Positions 26,560-41,360 of a stretch of DNA of 64,000 nucleotides are shown here, one piece after another. How positions within the stretch are numbered: position 1 is the first letter of the stretch; every line of letters begins with the position of its first letter. The notes under the pieces were generated by a model that worked only from the letters and a program-made list of their open reading frames with translations, ran no database searches and was not told where the DNA came from. The DNA comes from Camelus dromedarius (taxonomy: Eukaryota): assembly GCF_036321535.1 (NCBI RefSeq), contig NC_087436.1, positions 59,274,001 to 59,338,000 of the forward strand, written 5' to 3'. Made by a program: the position numbers and the translations under genes.

Positions 26560-26960
26560 GCCTGCAGGCCAGCAAAGCAAACTGATACTTTCCCCAGTTG
26601 TCTTTCCCAAACTTCTATGTAATTATTTTTACTTTACCTGAGGATTCAAACCCTGCTTCATTAATATACTGGAACTCCACTCCCCTAGAAATGGAATCTT
26701 CTAACAGTCAATTGGGAATCTGCTGATTAAATAATTAATAATTAAAATAATCTGCCTGATAGACCTCTGCCATTCCCTAATGGAAAGTAACCTTGCAATA
26801 ACCAACTTGTTTCTTTGCCTAGCATAACTTCTTTATTTCAACTCCCTTTTGCCTATAAAGGTCTTTAATTTTGTATAGCTCCTCAGAGCTTCTATCTGCT
26901 AAGATGGATGTTGCTTGATTTATAAATTGTTAAATAAAGCCAGTAAGATTTTTAAATTAA
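26560..26960 (+). mobile_element. ERV1-type LTR fragment
   Basis: TATA box (gcctataaagg), gtatagctcctcagagc, gatggatgttgcttgattt and AATAAA (aaataaagcc) in LTR order. Confidence 0.6.
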
Positions 26961-28974
26961 AAAATATACATATACTATAACTCCATGTAATAGGAACTAT
27001 TTTGGGAAAAATTCACCTTTCCTAGCTTCATATTGACAAATGGCCTCGCTATTTTACTTTACAATCATGCCTGCTGTCGTTTCTCTCAGAGTGTGTAAGT
27101 TCAAATTTAGATACTGCTATTCATGAGAATCCATTACCTTCCACGTAGAGGATTGAATAAATTAACTCCTTTATCTTTTTCATTATGTTTATTGGACCTT
27201 TGAGGGAAACTAATTAAGTGAATTTAAATATAGTTTTTAAATGTTGTTAGCCATGTAAAAGGTAACTCCCCTAAGTTTTTGTGTGATGACTTGATTCTGT
27301 TGATACAATAGAATATCTATTTTGAGAATTAAACTATTAATAAGCTAAAAAGTTGTTTTTTTTTTAAAGAGCAGTGGAATGGAGAAAGGAGATACTGCAT
27401 CAGAAGGAGAATGATATTTGCAATGTATTACTAGAAAAGGTAAAGGAAGCTAAGTCATACTGTATCTGGGTCTTGGAACAAATTCTGTTTTTGTCTATGG
27501 TCAGACAAGCTTATACGATATGGGCAATTTGAAGAGAGAGCCAAGTCAGGAGGTTGTGCTGATGCACTGTGGCATGAGGTTGTCTTAGCTATGGTTAAAA
27601 TTGTATATGCTGTGCCTTTTAGAAGATTAGGAGAAATAAACCTTTAGTGCATCTTTCCAAGTTTAAGTAGTATGATAAGAAAGGATGTTCAAGCTTGTCT
27701 TGTTGAAGCACCAAGTTCTTGATGTATACAAAGACTTGGTTATACTTTTAATAAACACCTCAACTGATCAAAAGCCATACAGATACACAGATACATACAG
27801 AAATATGTCAAAGGTAATTTTAAATATATTCATCTCATTTTACAAACATTTCGGTTTACTGTAAAAAACTTAGTGGATACAAATAAGCCTGTATCTCCTT
27901 GAGGGCAAAAGCACAACTCACAACTTATATTGTGGAATTCTGAATGTTTCTAAAGCCTGTCCTGACTTTATGTCCCATCTCTCCTCTTTTTTTTTTTTTT
28001 TTTAAAGACTCCTGGGATCAGAAGGGGTAGACTTAGCCCTTGGGTAATAAGTTTTATGGTACCAGTCACAGGTAGAAAAGGTTTCTTCCTTAATGCACAG
28101 AAGAGATTGCATAATCTGAGACTGTCAGTGTGTTTTCATTTATGAGACTAAGTTACATTAAACTAGAGATTGTCAAGAATGGAAATTATCATCTCTGTTA
28201 TACCAGTATAAGTACTGATACATTTGTGTCTGGTATAGCCTAAGCTCTGGTTCCTATATTCTCAATTATATTTCTATTCTTATATTTTCAATTCTCTGGT
28301 CTGCTTTAGAACATAAATCAAGTAAAATATACATTTTATTTCATGTTAATTCCTTGAATTTTGGCAATTTGTGTATTCTTTACCAAATGTTATTAAATTA
28401 AATATTCAATAACTAGAAAATATTGTTCTCAACCATACTTTACACTTTATAAAAGTCTACATACTTTGTAGTAGAACTTGGATATTTAACATTTTCTATC
28501 CTAAATTAGTTAGACTTTTCAATAGGCACTTACAGAGTACAAAGTCTATGCGGTTATGGAGTTAACAATATCAGTTTTAAGAAACCACAATAATTATTAT
28601 ACATATCAAATATATAATTATATATAAATATAGATGATATATTATATATTAAATATAATCATTATATATATCAAATATATAATTTTGAAGTAATTGTTCA
28701 GTAATCCAAAATTCAAAAGCTACTGATTGAGATAATATGAGGTACTTTTGACCTGGATACTGTCTAATTTAAAGGGTTTATCTAACTGATGATCAGCCTT
28801 CCAACTATTTGTTAAATCATTAACTCAACACACTACTTTGTAGAAGATATACAGGAAAGAGAAATTTAAAAAACTTCAAGGAACTTAAAACTTGAAATTA
28901 TTACTCTAGAGAAAAGGACAGCAAAAAAAGGAAACGCTCAAAAATTTCTACAAATTGCAAAAAAGGAAGAATTA

Positions 28975-29390
28975 CATTATTCAGCTTTCGTGTAGTAGCA
29001 AATAACCCCCAAATCTCAGTGGCTTACAACAGCAAGTATTTCTCTCTCATGTGACGCACCTGCTGCATCTCTGATCTCTGCTCTTGTTCTACTGCCCAGC
29101 TGAAGGAGTAGTCCTCTTTGGAACATGCCATTTCCATGGCAGTGAGGAAAGAGCAAAAGAAATGGCAGAATCTAGCAATGCTCATTAACCTTTGGCTTAG
29201 ATGGGACATAAACTATATCCACTCTCATTTCATTGGCCAAAATTGGTTATAGAGTTTAAGTCAACATCAAAAGGACAGGGATAAAAGCTCTGCCTACCAG
29301 ACACACAGAAAGTCACATGGCAATGAATGAGGATTTAGAAAACTCTTATAAGAGAGAGAGTTGCTGGAAACAGTAAAGCAATCTATCACC
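28975..29390 (-). mobile_element. MaLR solo LTR (old MLT1 family)
   Basis: gcaaataacccccaaatctcagtggcttacaacagcaagtatt...catttcattggccaaa...agcaatctatcac. Confidence 0.8.
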
Positions 29391-31333
29391 GAAGAATTCT
29401 GTATTGTCCACTATGGCAGGATTTAGGACTCACAGCCTTATTCATAAGCACCTCTTCATGCTTCCTTTCCCTTTCTAGTTGATTTCATATTTGTATTATA
29501 TTAACACATTGGTTGGACTCCCAATAGAGTAAACTTAGTAGTTTTGAGAGAATAGGGAACATTTTTGTACTTTATGCAGGGAAAAATTTTGTGAACTTTA
29601 TCCTCAGTTTTTTCTTTTTTCCTCTCCATTATAAGGCTGATTAAAGTAAGTGAAATCACTACTAAATAAAAATATTTTGAATGCAAATGCTTGATCAATA
29701 AAAGTATATGGCAATTATGAGGGCTGGAGACAAGTGAATTAAGTTCCCCCCACCAATATGAAGCATGATGAAAGCTGATCACATCACATTTATCTCATGT
29801 GTTTTAAAAAGAGAAACAACTACAATGTTTGATTTTAGGAAGTAGAAAGTGTGTAAAACTGGCAAGAATTCCAGAAGCAATAGTGAATTGGTAAGGGCAA
29901 ACAGGATAGAAAAGATACACTACACATTTAACAAGTTTGTTGTTCTGAACATTATGGTCTCCCTGCTGTTATATTTGCTAAAGGGCATAGAACTATTATT
30001 AAGTAGGAGCTGAAAATCACAGCACAGACCAAATGGAGCACATTACTGTGAGCACATATTTGAGAACATTGAATTTACTATTAGCTGCTATTGAACAGAA
30101 ACAAACCTCAGTGGAAGTTACGGATCTGACCTCACAATTGTCATAAGGGTTCTAGTTATCTCATCTGACATCCTAGGGAGAAAACTGAAGGGAACGGCAA
30201 CAATGAACCAAAATTACTTCATACAAGCTAACAAATTATTTCCTTAAAATTCCCCTACCTATGGAAAAATATTATCATTATTTTTACCAATTCTTCACAC
30301 AAGAAAATTGCACATACAGCATGTATTCCCATATATTTTATATAATAACAGTGGCTAAGAATAAATGCTACACAAACTAACTAAAACAGTAAGACAGGTT
30401 AGCTATTCACAACATTTCCTGAAATCCTGCTAGACTTGCTAGGTCTTGCTTTAGAATGTTTGCCATCCACAAAGCTCTTTATAAAATATTCACAACAGCT
30501 ACTTAAAAACCGGTTCCAAGTGATGTTCCACAGGATAATAGGTAGGCTAGATGGTGGGCACGTGATTCAAGGACATCCAACACGCGAGGGAACCAATAAC
30601 CAAAAGAGAATAACCAGGTAATATTGAGAGAGGGAAGCCACTGGTAGCGGACCCTAAAGATGAAAATCCATGACTTAGTAATGAGTGAGTGGTCATGATG
30701 TTCTCTGTAGAAGACAGCCTTATTAAGGGAGCAGAAACTATGACTAGGGAAAAAAGCCTACTGGTAAAGAGAGAAGACAACAAAGATAAAAAGAAAAGTG
30801 GAGATTCCAGAAAAATGACTCGAGAAAGAGTCAGGGAACTAACAATCTGAAGAATTGCTTAGATTCCAGGTCTATTGTCTTGCTAGGGCACTTCCGTATC
30901 TTACGAAACAAACAAACAAAAAACCTTTCCTTTTACCAGGAGACTTCTGTGAGTCTCATTATTATAAACCAAAGATTACAATTAATACATATGGTTCATA
31001 TTTTGGCTTTTTGCTAATTGTGATTATTGAAAATTAACTTGTTAATTTAAAGCATAATACTCAATTACAAAATAAATGCAAAAGCAAACAAAAAATACAA
31101 ACTGTATTTGGTAAAAATATTGTTAATGTGTTGATCATGAACACTAAAACTGTATTTTATATAGTATGAGATAAAGCAAATAGAGAACTTAATGATAAGA
31201 ACATTAAGAACCAGGATATTCAGCACAGGAGAATGAAGATGCAGATATAAGTTCAATAAGATTATTTCTGTTAAAACTCTGTTGCTCAAATTTGAATTTA
31301 ATGAATCACTATGGACTTACAGTGCAGTATATT

Positions 31334-31809
31334 CAAACAGTCCCATACTTATACAGGTTTGACTTAAAATTTTTTTGACTTTACAATGGTGATATGCAGT
31401 TAGCAGAATCATACTTTGATTTTTAAATTGTGAACTTTTCCTGGGCTAGCCATATGCACTACAATACTCTTGTGATGCTGGGCAGCGGCAGTGAGCTGCA
31501 GCGCCCAGTCAGCCACGTGACCATGAGGGAAAGCAACCATGCTGTCCCCATACAACCATTCTGTTTTTCATTTTCACTACATTATCAGTATGAGATGTTC
31601 AACACTTCATTATAAAATAGACTTTGTGTTAGATGATTTTTACCCAGCTGTAGGCTAATGTAAGTGTTCTCAGCACATTTAAAGTAAGCTATGCTAAACT
31701 GTAATGTTTGGTAGGTTAGGTGTATTAAATGCATTTTTCAACTCAAGATATTTTCAACTCATGATGGGTTTATTGGGACATAACCCCATCATAAATTGAT
31801 CAAGATCTG
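31334..31809. mobile_element. MER47/Tigger5-like TcMar DNA transposon
   Basis: gatgctgggcagcggcagtgagctgcagc...gtaggctaatgtaagtgttctcagcac...gtaggttaggtgtattaaatgcattttt...gatgggtttattgggacataaccccatc, followed by TA. Confidence 0.85.
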
Positions 31810-31929
31810 TACGTATATTTATATATAAATATGTATCTGCTAGCTCTTTTCATTGAAAAGTTCAAGGATCAAGATATATCAACATATCAACCAATTTCAA
31901 TAGGCTCTATTTGTATCCTGGTTCAAATG

Positions 31930-32300
31930 CACTATTAAAAGACTAAGCCTATTTGAGAATTGTGTATCCTAATTAAATATTTGGTGATACCAAAAAACTA
32001 TGGCTAAATATTCTTTGTGTAATAATAGTATTGTGCTTTTAAAGTATTTTATTTTTAGAGATATGCACTAAAATATTTATAATTAAATGGCATAATGTCC
32101 AGTTTTTTTTTTTTAAAGACAAGTAGTAGTAAGAGGTAGACTAGTAGGTAGAATTGTTGGGAATTCAGAAGAAATATTAATGGCAATGAATTGATAACTG
32201 ATAGCCAGGTGATACATACCTGGGAATTTATTATACTAGTCTTTGTACTTTTTGTATATAGTTTTAATTTGTATATAAAATATGGCTGAAATAATGAGCT
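31930..32300 (+). mobile_element. Old L1 3' end (L1MC/ME-like)
   Basis: ttttagagatatgcactaaaatatttata...ggcaatgaattgataactg...gaatttattatactagtctttgtactttttgtatat. Confidence 0.6.
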
Positions 32301-35300
32301 TCCAGAAATGATAGGAATGAAACATGAAATATGAAAAATACTCAGTATCCTGTGGATGGACAGCAACAAATGAACTGAAAACATCTATACCTGCCCATAG
32401 TACTAAAAAAATAATCATAATAATTCATACAAAAAAAAGAAGCAAGGATGGAAAATCATGGCCGTATTTATCCCCAGTTTCGTGTTAAATATACCAGTTA
32501 CACCACTGGTATGCACATCCACTGGGAACTTTTATGGGCTAGCCTGAGTTACACACTGTGTGATGTACTCATGTCTAAACATGGGTCTGCCTTCAGAACA
32601 TTAATTTCCTTTGTTGGCTGTATTCTTAGGCTCATGGAGCTTCCCCTCCTCCATCACAGAGTGGCTCTGTGTAAACTGACTGACACATGGTAGGCACTCT
32701 ATAAATTTTTTCAGACAAATTAAGGAAAGAATAAATTAATTGCTTGAAATAAATATCTTAAACTATTAATTCCTTTACAAATTACTGAATTTTCAATTTG
32801 TTGAATAAATGTACTCATTATGAATTCAGCCACAAAGAGTCTGATCCTGTTCAACTGAACCAAGACACTGATAATGTCAGTGGTTTGCCAGGGTAGTCTC
32901 TAAACAAAATTTTTTAATGTGAAAAATCACCTACGGTGTAGAATAGGCTGTGAAAGATACAAGATTTGATATAGTTAAAAATAATACTCCAAGTTTGCAT
33001 TCTAGATAGGGAAATAAAGGTACAAAGTAGTTCATGACACATTTGCTAGAAAGGTACACACTGTTACAACATTACAGAGAATAAATTTTAAAAAATGAAT
33101 GCAATGAGCCAACAATGTTGAAGACCAGAACTTAACCATCCAATACCTCATATGATAGCCAGCCAGCCAGCCTCTTTCCCTCCTGCTCCTACTCATTAAC
33201 AATACAACAAATATTTATTGAAAACGCAATATGAGTTCTTCATTATATTAGTAAAGCAATGAGACAAGCATAACTCTTTCTGTCTTGAACTTACCTACTA
33301 GTCATCTGAGTCAGGAAATGAACAAATCTGTATATATGGATGGATAGATGGATGGATTCATGTTACATGGGTACATTTACTGCTTATATCAGGTTAGCCT
33401 ATTTTTAAGCTTACAGCAGTGTTACCCCAGTGTTCCAGTAATATATATGTGACTAAACATCGAAAGCCACTCCCAAACAACTCAAAAGCTAATATCCTTT
33501 AAAGTCTGTCTGTTAGAAATAGAAAAATAATGTTATCTAAACTTGCCTCAAACACTAAACTACAAATATAATTAGATAGAAGTAGACTCTACTATTTAAT
33601 ATCTTCCCTAAAGATATCATGTACCATTTCTCTCCTATATTGTAGACATCAAGTTAACTTTACAGTAACTGGAAGATTATTTTTGTAAGACTGAGAGTAA
33701 TACAAATGGTCTTCTCTATATATTTATTAATCTTGTTTTTTAAGAAAGACACATAAGAAAAAAATGAGACTTAATGGTGACAGTTGTGACTGTATTAACA
33801 ACTTTATGATAAATATCTTTGAAATTTGAGGGAAATACAATGAATAATACAAAATAATGAACCTTTAACCAAGGACAGGTAACCATAGATTACTAACTGA
33901 ATTATGGATCTTCTGTACTAGAAGAAGAACATACTATTTAAAGATATTAACTCAGAAACTTTTGTTAAAATTATCTTTCAAGACTAAATATGAGAATTAA
34001 TTCGTCATATGATATCATACAGTTAGGAACTTTTTGAGTGGGGAGAGACAATAACATTATTAGGGGGGGATTTCAATAGGCTGTCAATCCCAGGACCACT
34101 CCCTTTCCAATAAAGTGAACAATAGGTAAGCATTGGGAAGAATTCTTTAGTTACTAAATATGATGTAATTAAATAATATGACAATATTTTACTTAAGGCA
34201 TTAAAATTTTAAAATTGAGTGTGTATTTCCAATGAAAGTTTTCTAGACTTTATTTAAAATATTTATAGAAATATTTTTGTACCTCAAATAAAAATTTGGC
34301 TAACTGCATGTCTAAGTGAAGAAAATTTGCTACTAAACAATGCTGTTTAAAACAAGGTTAAAAATCACAACCTAATGTGTAGTTACATAAGACTTAATAG
34401 TAACAGCTGTTTTGCAATTGATTATAGTAGTTAACATCTCTGCTCAAAGATTATTCAGTTCTTTTAAATTCTTACAATAATATATACTTTCTGAAAAGGT
34501 CATGTGTATCCTGGAATCCATGGTTAAATTTAAAATATGTCAATACACTATCAAAATGTGCTGAGACATGAGAGAGACTGTAAGGTGTGATTAAATAAAT
34601 ACCCGAATCAATGAACTACACTAAGAATCTCATTTATGACATTCCTGTCTTCAAAGTCATATGATACCCAAACTAAAAAAGTCATTTGTTCTTAAAGAGG
34701 AAAAAAAAAAGGATTATATCTGTCTTGAAAAAAAATAAAAAATAAAAAGTACTCCTGCCATTTGAACTGAATATGGCAGTAAGAGCTTGATCAAAGAATA
34801 CACATCTGCATATATCTAAATTAATTTATTTAATGGATTCATTTACTTCTTTAATCAAAGAAAATGATGTAAATATCTTTCAAGGGTTCTTTACCAAACC
34901 TAACTCTAAATGTGGATATTTTATTGAATCCTAAGTATCTGTGAGACACTGCTATGGGCTATATTTATATAGCTTTACTTAATTAGAAATAGAAGGAAAA
35001 GTGGAGAAAATGGATGGCACTGTAACAGAAGCAGCAGCCTTCTCCTCATGTTTGATTCATTCGTTGACATGTCAGTTTAGTTACTGAATCAGCTGTTTCG
35101 CAATTTTGCCTTAGTTATTTTTGACACCTTCATATTTTATGTCTTCTCTTCCTCATATTTTTTGTCATTCTCTCACCTATATATATCCTATGCTTCAGTC
35201 AATCCAGATTACTTCTAATTCAACTCAACAAAATTTTATTGAGAGTAAGTCACTCTGCTAGAGTTAAATCATAGGTATTTGTCTTTGAGAACTTTATAGA

Positions 35301-35609
35301 CTCTTAAATCTACAGCATTATGATAGAAGTATGTTTGGGTGTATGAAAGAATATTTTATCTACCCTGGCTTCTTGGAGCAAATGACCCCAAACGAAAATT
35401 TGTTGGAAAATTTAGAACTTGTGGACAATAAAGGGAGGGTGTGTTCAGCAAATCAAGATCTTTTGAAAGACTAAAGCAACAATCCAGGATTGATATGATG
35501 AAGTCTGAAACCAAACTTTTTTTTTTTTTTTTGGTAAGTATAGCAGGCTCTTTCAGGAGTTCACACTGCAGTCAAGTATGTAAATAAATAATACAACATA
35601 AATCCTGAA

Positions 35610-35906
35610 ATTCTCTTACTCCAAATATCCTTATGGCGCACTCCCTCAATTTCTTCAGATCTCAGTTCAGAGAGGCCCTCACCATCCAGGATTATAAAAT
35701 AACAACCCCAGATCCCCTGATGCTGCTTTATTTTTCTTTCTATAATTTTTCACCACTGATACAGTACATATTTATTCATGTGTTTGTTTTCTGCATCCCA
35801 CCACTAGAATATAAGGCCCCTGAGAGCCAGAAATTTGTCTAGAGGAGTACTTAGCTCATAGTAAGGTACTCAATAAATATTTTTTGAAATGATGCAAGAA
35901 TGAATG
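35610..35906 (+). mobile_element. L2 3' end
   Basis: ccactagaatataaggcccctgagagccag...catagtaaggtactcaataaatatttttgaa...gaatgaatg. Confidence 0.8.
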
Positions 35907-36769
35907 CTGGTCTTCACAGCAAGAACACTTCAGGTCCTTCAAACCCCCATGTTCCAAAGCTGCATCAATTAGTGTCCTTATAGATAACCCTCTTACCTGC
36001 TAATATATTCCTCATTCTCCAGGTGTTGCTTCTGTTAATAAATCCTCCACTCTCCTAAATCTCCATGGAAACATACTCCATCTCCACTATACCCCACATC
36101 TTTTTAGTTCTCCAGGCCTGTTGATTCTTTCTCCACAATGTCTCCCAAATCTTTCTTAATTTTACCCATTCCCATTGCTGCTTTGTCAGTGAAGACTCTG
36201 ATCATCTGTCACCTTAGCCTTTCTTCATCAAGAATGTTTTTAATTAATATAACTAAATTTAAAAGTTTCGGTGGATGTTGCTTACTCTAATCTCCCATGC
36301 CTACTGTCCATTTTTCTTTCTGAACCAGGAAGTTTCTTCCTAGATTAAAATTCACATCATGCCACTTTTCCTAATTATTTGTGCTAGACCATAAGAGATA
36401 TCAACACTCTCTTAAACTTTCAAGATTGAATAAGTATCTTAATATATGTTTGGTAAAGTTAGTAAAAAAGATACAAGTAATTTCCTCACTAAGTTAACTA
36501 AATGTATATGTAAAATATTGGCTCCTTGCCTGGCATCTGCTAGGCTTTCAGTGACAGCCACCTTCCCCCTTCTCCATGATGAGATTTAGTGTCATCTCTT
36601 GATTTTGCTCTTCAAGACCTTGCTTAAATACCAGTCCTCTTGAGAAAATTATAAGCATCTTGTCAACTCTAACCTTAGATTTTCATCTAAAATTAATCAC
36701 CATAATCACACTGCCTAAGTCAATCTTCCTGGCCTAGTCAAAATTTCCAGATCATATACAACTCTTATA

Positions 36770-37175
36770 TCCTATTAGACAGGATTGCCAGCTACAGGTA
36801 ACAGAAAATCAGCTCAGAATAGTTTTCAACAGGCAGTAATTTGTTGATTTATATGACTAAGATGCCCAATGGACAAAAAAGCTGGAAATAGTTTGTTCTG
36901 TTTTATTATTTTCTCTCTCCCCATGCCCTCTTTCCTCTCTCTTTTTTTTTTTTTTTCCTTTATCTAGCTTGCTTGTGTCATGATCCTTCTTTCAGATCAG
37001 TCACTACAGTCATGGCCCTCTCATTGGCTAAGCCTGAGTTGTGGTGTCTATCCCTGGAGCCCAGGGGTAGAGGAAGCCCTGTCCAAAATATGTGGATCTG
37101 TGATTTGTGAAGAAATAGGTCTTTTTACCAGCAAAGGGTGGTTTGGTGTGTAAAAATTACATATGCCTACTATAC
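36770..37175 (-). mobile_element. Old MaLR (MLT1) LTR
   Basis: tattagacagg...gtaacagaaaatcagctcagaatag...ctctcattggctaagcctgagttgtggtgtctatccctggagcc. Confidence 0.55.
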
Positions 37176-37664
37176 TCATTAAACCTGAATGGTTATCTGA
37201 CATGCCAATTTTTTTGCTTGCACAGCTGTGTAGATCCCTATTTATTTATGTAATTATTAATTTATTAATTTATTTATTTGTACTGCTTTGAAGGTTGGTC
37301 TCTAAACCATTCCTGTTTTTTACCCTCAGCACATAACAGTGAATAGCAATTAAAAAGAGTTCTCTTAATGTATCCTGAGTTTAAATAATTTTAAAATAAC
37401 TTTTTCTATTATTTTATACATACCCATTTGTTTATCAGAAACAATCTGGAAGAAAGATGGCATTAGTTTGCTCATTTTGCAGACTCAGCATACAGAAATG
37501 TCTTTCTCATGCATCAAATATATAATATAATCAACTCTAAAATTCAGAATTACTAAGTACTCTTTCAATTTTAAATCTCAAACTCCATGATACTACTATA
37601 AGATTAATCATAGTGTGTGATGCTTTGCCTTAAAAATAGCAAAAATTGGGGGGGGGGGGGAGAT

Positions 37665-37870
37665 GCAACTGAGTTTGAGCCCCTACTCTGAAAATTTTCT
37701 GATACTGCGCCCTTAAGACAGCAACTTAACTCTTCTAACTTCAGTATTTTCATCTGTAAAACAGGGATAAAATCACACACACACCTTAAAATTTGTTCGG
37801 GATAATAAAAGAGATCATGTAAGTTCTCACTTGGCAGTGTTGCCAGCACATAGATGGTACTCCTTCAAGT
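37665..37870 (+). mobile_element. MIR
   Basis: acttaactcttctaacttcagtattttcatctgtaaaacagggataaaa...ccagcacatagatggtactc. Confidence 0.75.
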
Positions 37871-38589
37871 CTGTCTACTAGCACTAGAATCACCTCCACC
37901 ACCATGGCCACCACCCCTGCTACTACTACTATGACTACCACTCTTGTTGATGTTTATTGCTGAACACGAGATTACATACCATGCAGCATGTAATTTCCTC
38001 AAGCAAAATCAAAATTATTTTGGCTTTTGTTTCGCTATAGCAAAGCAAGACAGCTCAGCCATTTTATATAGGCTGACACCCTGTCCACAACCAAATTATG
38101 AAATCTAAGATGCTGATTTAGAGTTTGTTGTTTTCTATTATTAATAACAAGCATTACCTTACAAGCTGTTTTGAATCTGCCATAAAAAACCACAGAAAAC
38201 TATTCTAAAATAATGCAGTGTTCATACAATTTCAAAAGGCACCAGCCTTCGCTCTATTACATTTTTTCTTTGTATCACTGTTTTACTTTCACTACAGAAA
38301 TAATAAACCTCAAACTTTAAGAATAAAAAACACTTGATATTTAATATATATGTTGCATTGAATTTCTGAGAATAGTGTGGATTTATATCATATTTAAAAT
38401 ATCAAAATAATATTTTATTTCCCTTTTAGGGCTGAAAGTTTTATTAGTCCTTTTCCCTTGAATAATAGGGTTATCTCTAAAATCATCATAAATTAAGTTT
38501 ACATATTTTACCTAATATTTCTCTTTCAAAAAACAAGTTACTTAGGGATTTAGATTTTAGAGACATTTGGGGATAACATAGGTCAATTC

Positions 38590-38775
38590 AGATTTAAAAG
38601 CAGGCTTTAGATTCCATATCATAAATTTGAATTCTGACTCCAAGGTTATGTGACCTTAGGCAAGCTACTTATTGGAAGACTTAGTACCTCATCTATAAAA
38701 TGTAATTGATCATGCGATGATACTGTGGACATCAAATAAGACGTTGTACAGAGGTCACTTAGGATGGTACCTATT
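38590..38775 (+). mobile_element. MIR
   Basis: tttgaattctgactcc...tatgtgaccttaggcaagctactt...cctcatctataaaatg. Confidence 0.7.
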
Positions 38776-40299
38776 TGATCTCAGGGGTACAATGAACAGT
38801 GGATGGATTTATTAATTAATAAGACAAAAGTGAATATATTAATAACTAGTAATGTTCGTAATGTTTTCTCTCTCCAGAAATCCATCCACTGTATCTTTAG
38901 ATAAATTTACTTAATGAAGTGTTTTAATAATTTGGGTTTTAAGCCAACTCACTTTTATGCAGTGAAACAGGTGAATGTTGGTATGGAAATGCAGAATTAA
39001 AACTTACTTTCTGCTGAAATTTAATTTAATTTCTTATCCTGTGTCTTTTCCTACTTTTATATTTGAAAGCAATTAATGTAGATGGCACAAAAATATTGAA
39101 AATAATGTCAAAAAGACATACAATACCAGCAGCCTAAGTAAAAAGCTTTAACTTTTCCAAGTAAAAGAAATGTAATCAGCAATTAACATTTTATTCTAAA
39201 TGCACACCCTAAATATTAAAGAGCACTTTCAATTGTATTTGATTTCTTCTCTACCAGAAAACATTAAAACTACTTTTAAAATTAATTGCAGTTAGTAATA
39301 TTCTGAAACAAATAATTAGAAAAAATTTTAAATCAAAGCTCTTTGAAGTTCCAAGCAGACCAACCTATATTGCTTTATTCATCCATAGTTCAGAAAAGCA
39401 AAACCACAGACTTAATGAGTATATTTCCATTTTCCCTTCTCTATTGTTCCTTTTTTGTAGCTTTCAATTACAAAGAGAAAATTATGAAAATAAGATAAAA
39501 AGTCAAGTCACCCTAGAAAGCAATGATCTGAAAACAGAGTCAAAGGACTGAAATCATTTTAATAAACTCTATAAATGTTGAGAATAAAATAGTAGAAGAA
39601 AGCAGAACGAAATCACAGCCTAGCCCTCTGAGATCTTGGCAGCAAATTCACCATGCTGCTCCCCAAGTCATTTAATATTTTCATTAAAATGGAAAAACTT
39701 AACAGGAGTTTCAATTACGTCCATTATGCCCAGGAGACCAACTTTTGAAACTAGGCCAACAGATCCTGACTAACTGATAAAAGCTAAATGGGTTTTTTTT
39801 TTTTTATATATTAATTGTACATTATGAAAGCCAGACAGAAATACTCAAAGAAATTCAAGCTGGCCAGGTTCTGTTTCACTGAGTCCCCATAAGTGCATAT
39901 TCTGGTCCTCACTGTGAACTGATACAGAAATTCCTGTGTGTGAAATAAAAAGGTAACTTAAAATCAGAATCACAAGGAGTGCACAACTAACAATGAAACA
40001 GATGCATACACTGCACACTCCTCATTAAATTAGGACACCAAAATAAGTTATAACTCTTTATGATGCTTTATCAAAGTATGGTAGAAGATAGTATGTTTAA
40101 CTTGGTGATTTACCAAATTAATGCATTTTTAAGATCGAATTTTTCTCTTTCACATGAATACATAATTTCCTGATGCTAAAAAGAATCAGGAATTTTAAAA
40201 ATTAAAAATTATAATCCCCAAACTAATATAGTTACACACATTCTTCTTGAAGGCTACAGTATATTTGCCTCTCCAGAACCAAAAGTACACCATGAGTCT

Positions 40300-40575
40300 T
40301 CTGGTATTGATTCTGGGAAGGAAGAATGTGGTATTTGCCTTTGGACTGAAATTTGAGAGGATGCAGGGTGTGCAGCTACTGCTGCCATGTTGTTACCATG
40401 AGGAACCAGAGACAGTCAAACACAGCAAAATGCAGAGCCAAGACGTAAAAAAGATGCCAAAAACTGAGATCTTTGTTTATTTCTAAATCCAGCTGAAGTC
40501 AGCCCTATTCCCAATATTCACTCTGATTAAGCAACTATGAGATGGCTTTTCTTTCACTTAACAAAAAAAAATTCT
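40300..40575 (+). mobile_element. Old MaLR (MLT1) LTR fragment
   Basis: gctgccatgttgttaccatgagg...gcagagccaag...ttttctttcacttaacaaaa. Confidence 0.5.
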
Positions 40576-41114
40576 AAAAGCAAGATTCAAAACAAAGATT
40601 CGTAAATGATTGAAAATAAAGAGAGGCTCTACAAAGGAATCTTTTAAGTTAATTAATTAATGTGTTCATTAATTGAATGTAATATTTGTTACATAGCCAT
40701 TAAATGTCTGACAATTTGGCAAGTGCTAAAAACTGATTTAGGATTCATTTTTGATAATTTTTCTTTCATTTTTTTTTTCCATCCCAGCACATCAAGACTT
40801 CTTAAAGCAAAAATGTACTTACCTGATATAATTTGAAGTCTCCTGTACCAAAATAATTTTAGCACTGAGATAGAATTCTATAGGTTAGGCTATTTATAGG
40901 AGACAAGTAGAAAAATGTTATTGCTTACGTAAACCATGTTTGATATGCTGACATCACATAGAATGTCACCTACCTAAAATATCTCATTACACAGAAACTT
41001 ATCAAAAAAACTCTTACATCATAATGTAAATAACAAATTAATGCAATCCTTTCAGAAATAATTGATAAATTAGAGTCCTTAAAAAAAATAGTATCTTATG
41101 GTACAATAAATTGT

Positions 41115-41360
41115 TTGGTAGGTAAAGCACAAACTCTGAGACAGTACCTAGGTTTAGCTTCTAGCTCTAACAGTTATAGGTTGTATGACTTTGTCAAGTT
41201 TCTTAAATGTTTAAGATATAATTCCCTCATTTGTAAAGTGAAGACAATCACATGAACCACTGTTGTGAGGATTCTGTAAGGATGTGATCTATATGGAATA
41301 AAAAGCGTGAGGTACATCACCTGACACGTAATAATCATTCAATAATCACTGGTTTTAAAA
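41115..41360 (+). mobile_element. MIR, near full length
   Basis: aaagcacaaactctgagacagtacctaggttt...gtatgactttgtcaagtttcttaa...cctcatttgtaaagtgaagacaat...gttgtgaggatt...cctgacacgtaataatcattcaataa. Confidence 0.8.

Noticed and set aside
28590..28690. AT-rich region with a ~24-bp imperfect duplication
   Set aside because: Low-complexity slippage product with no sign of function.
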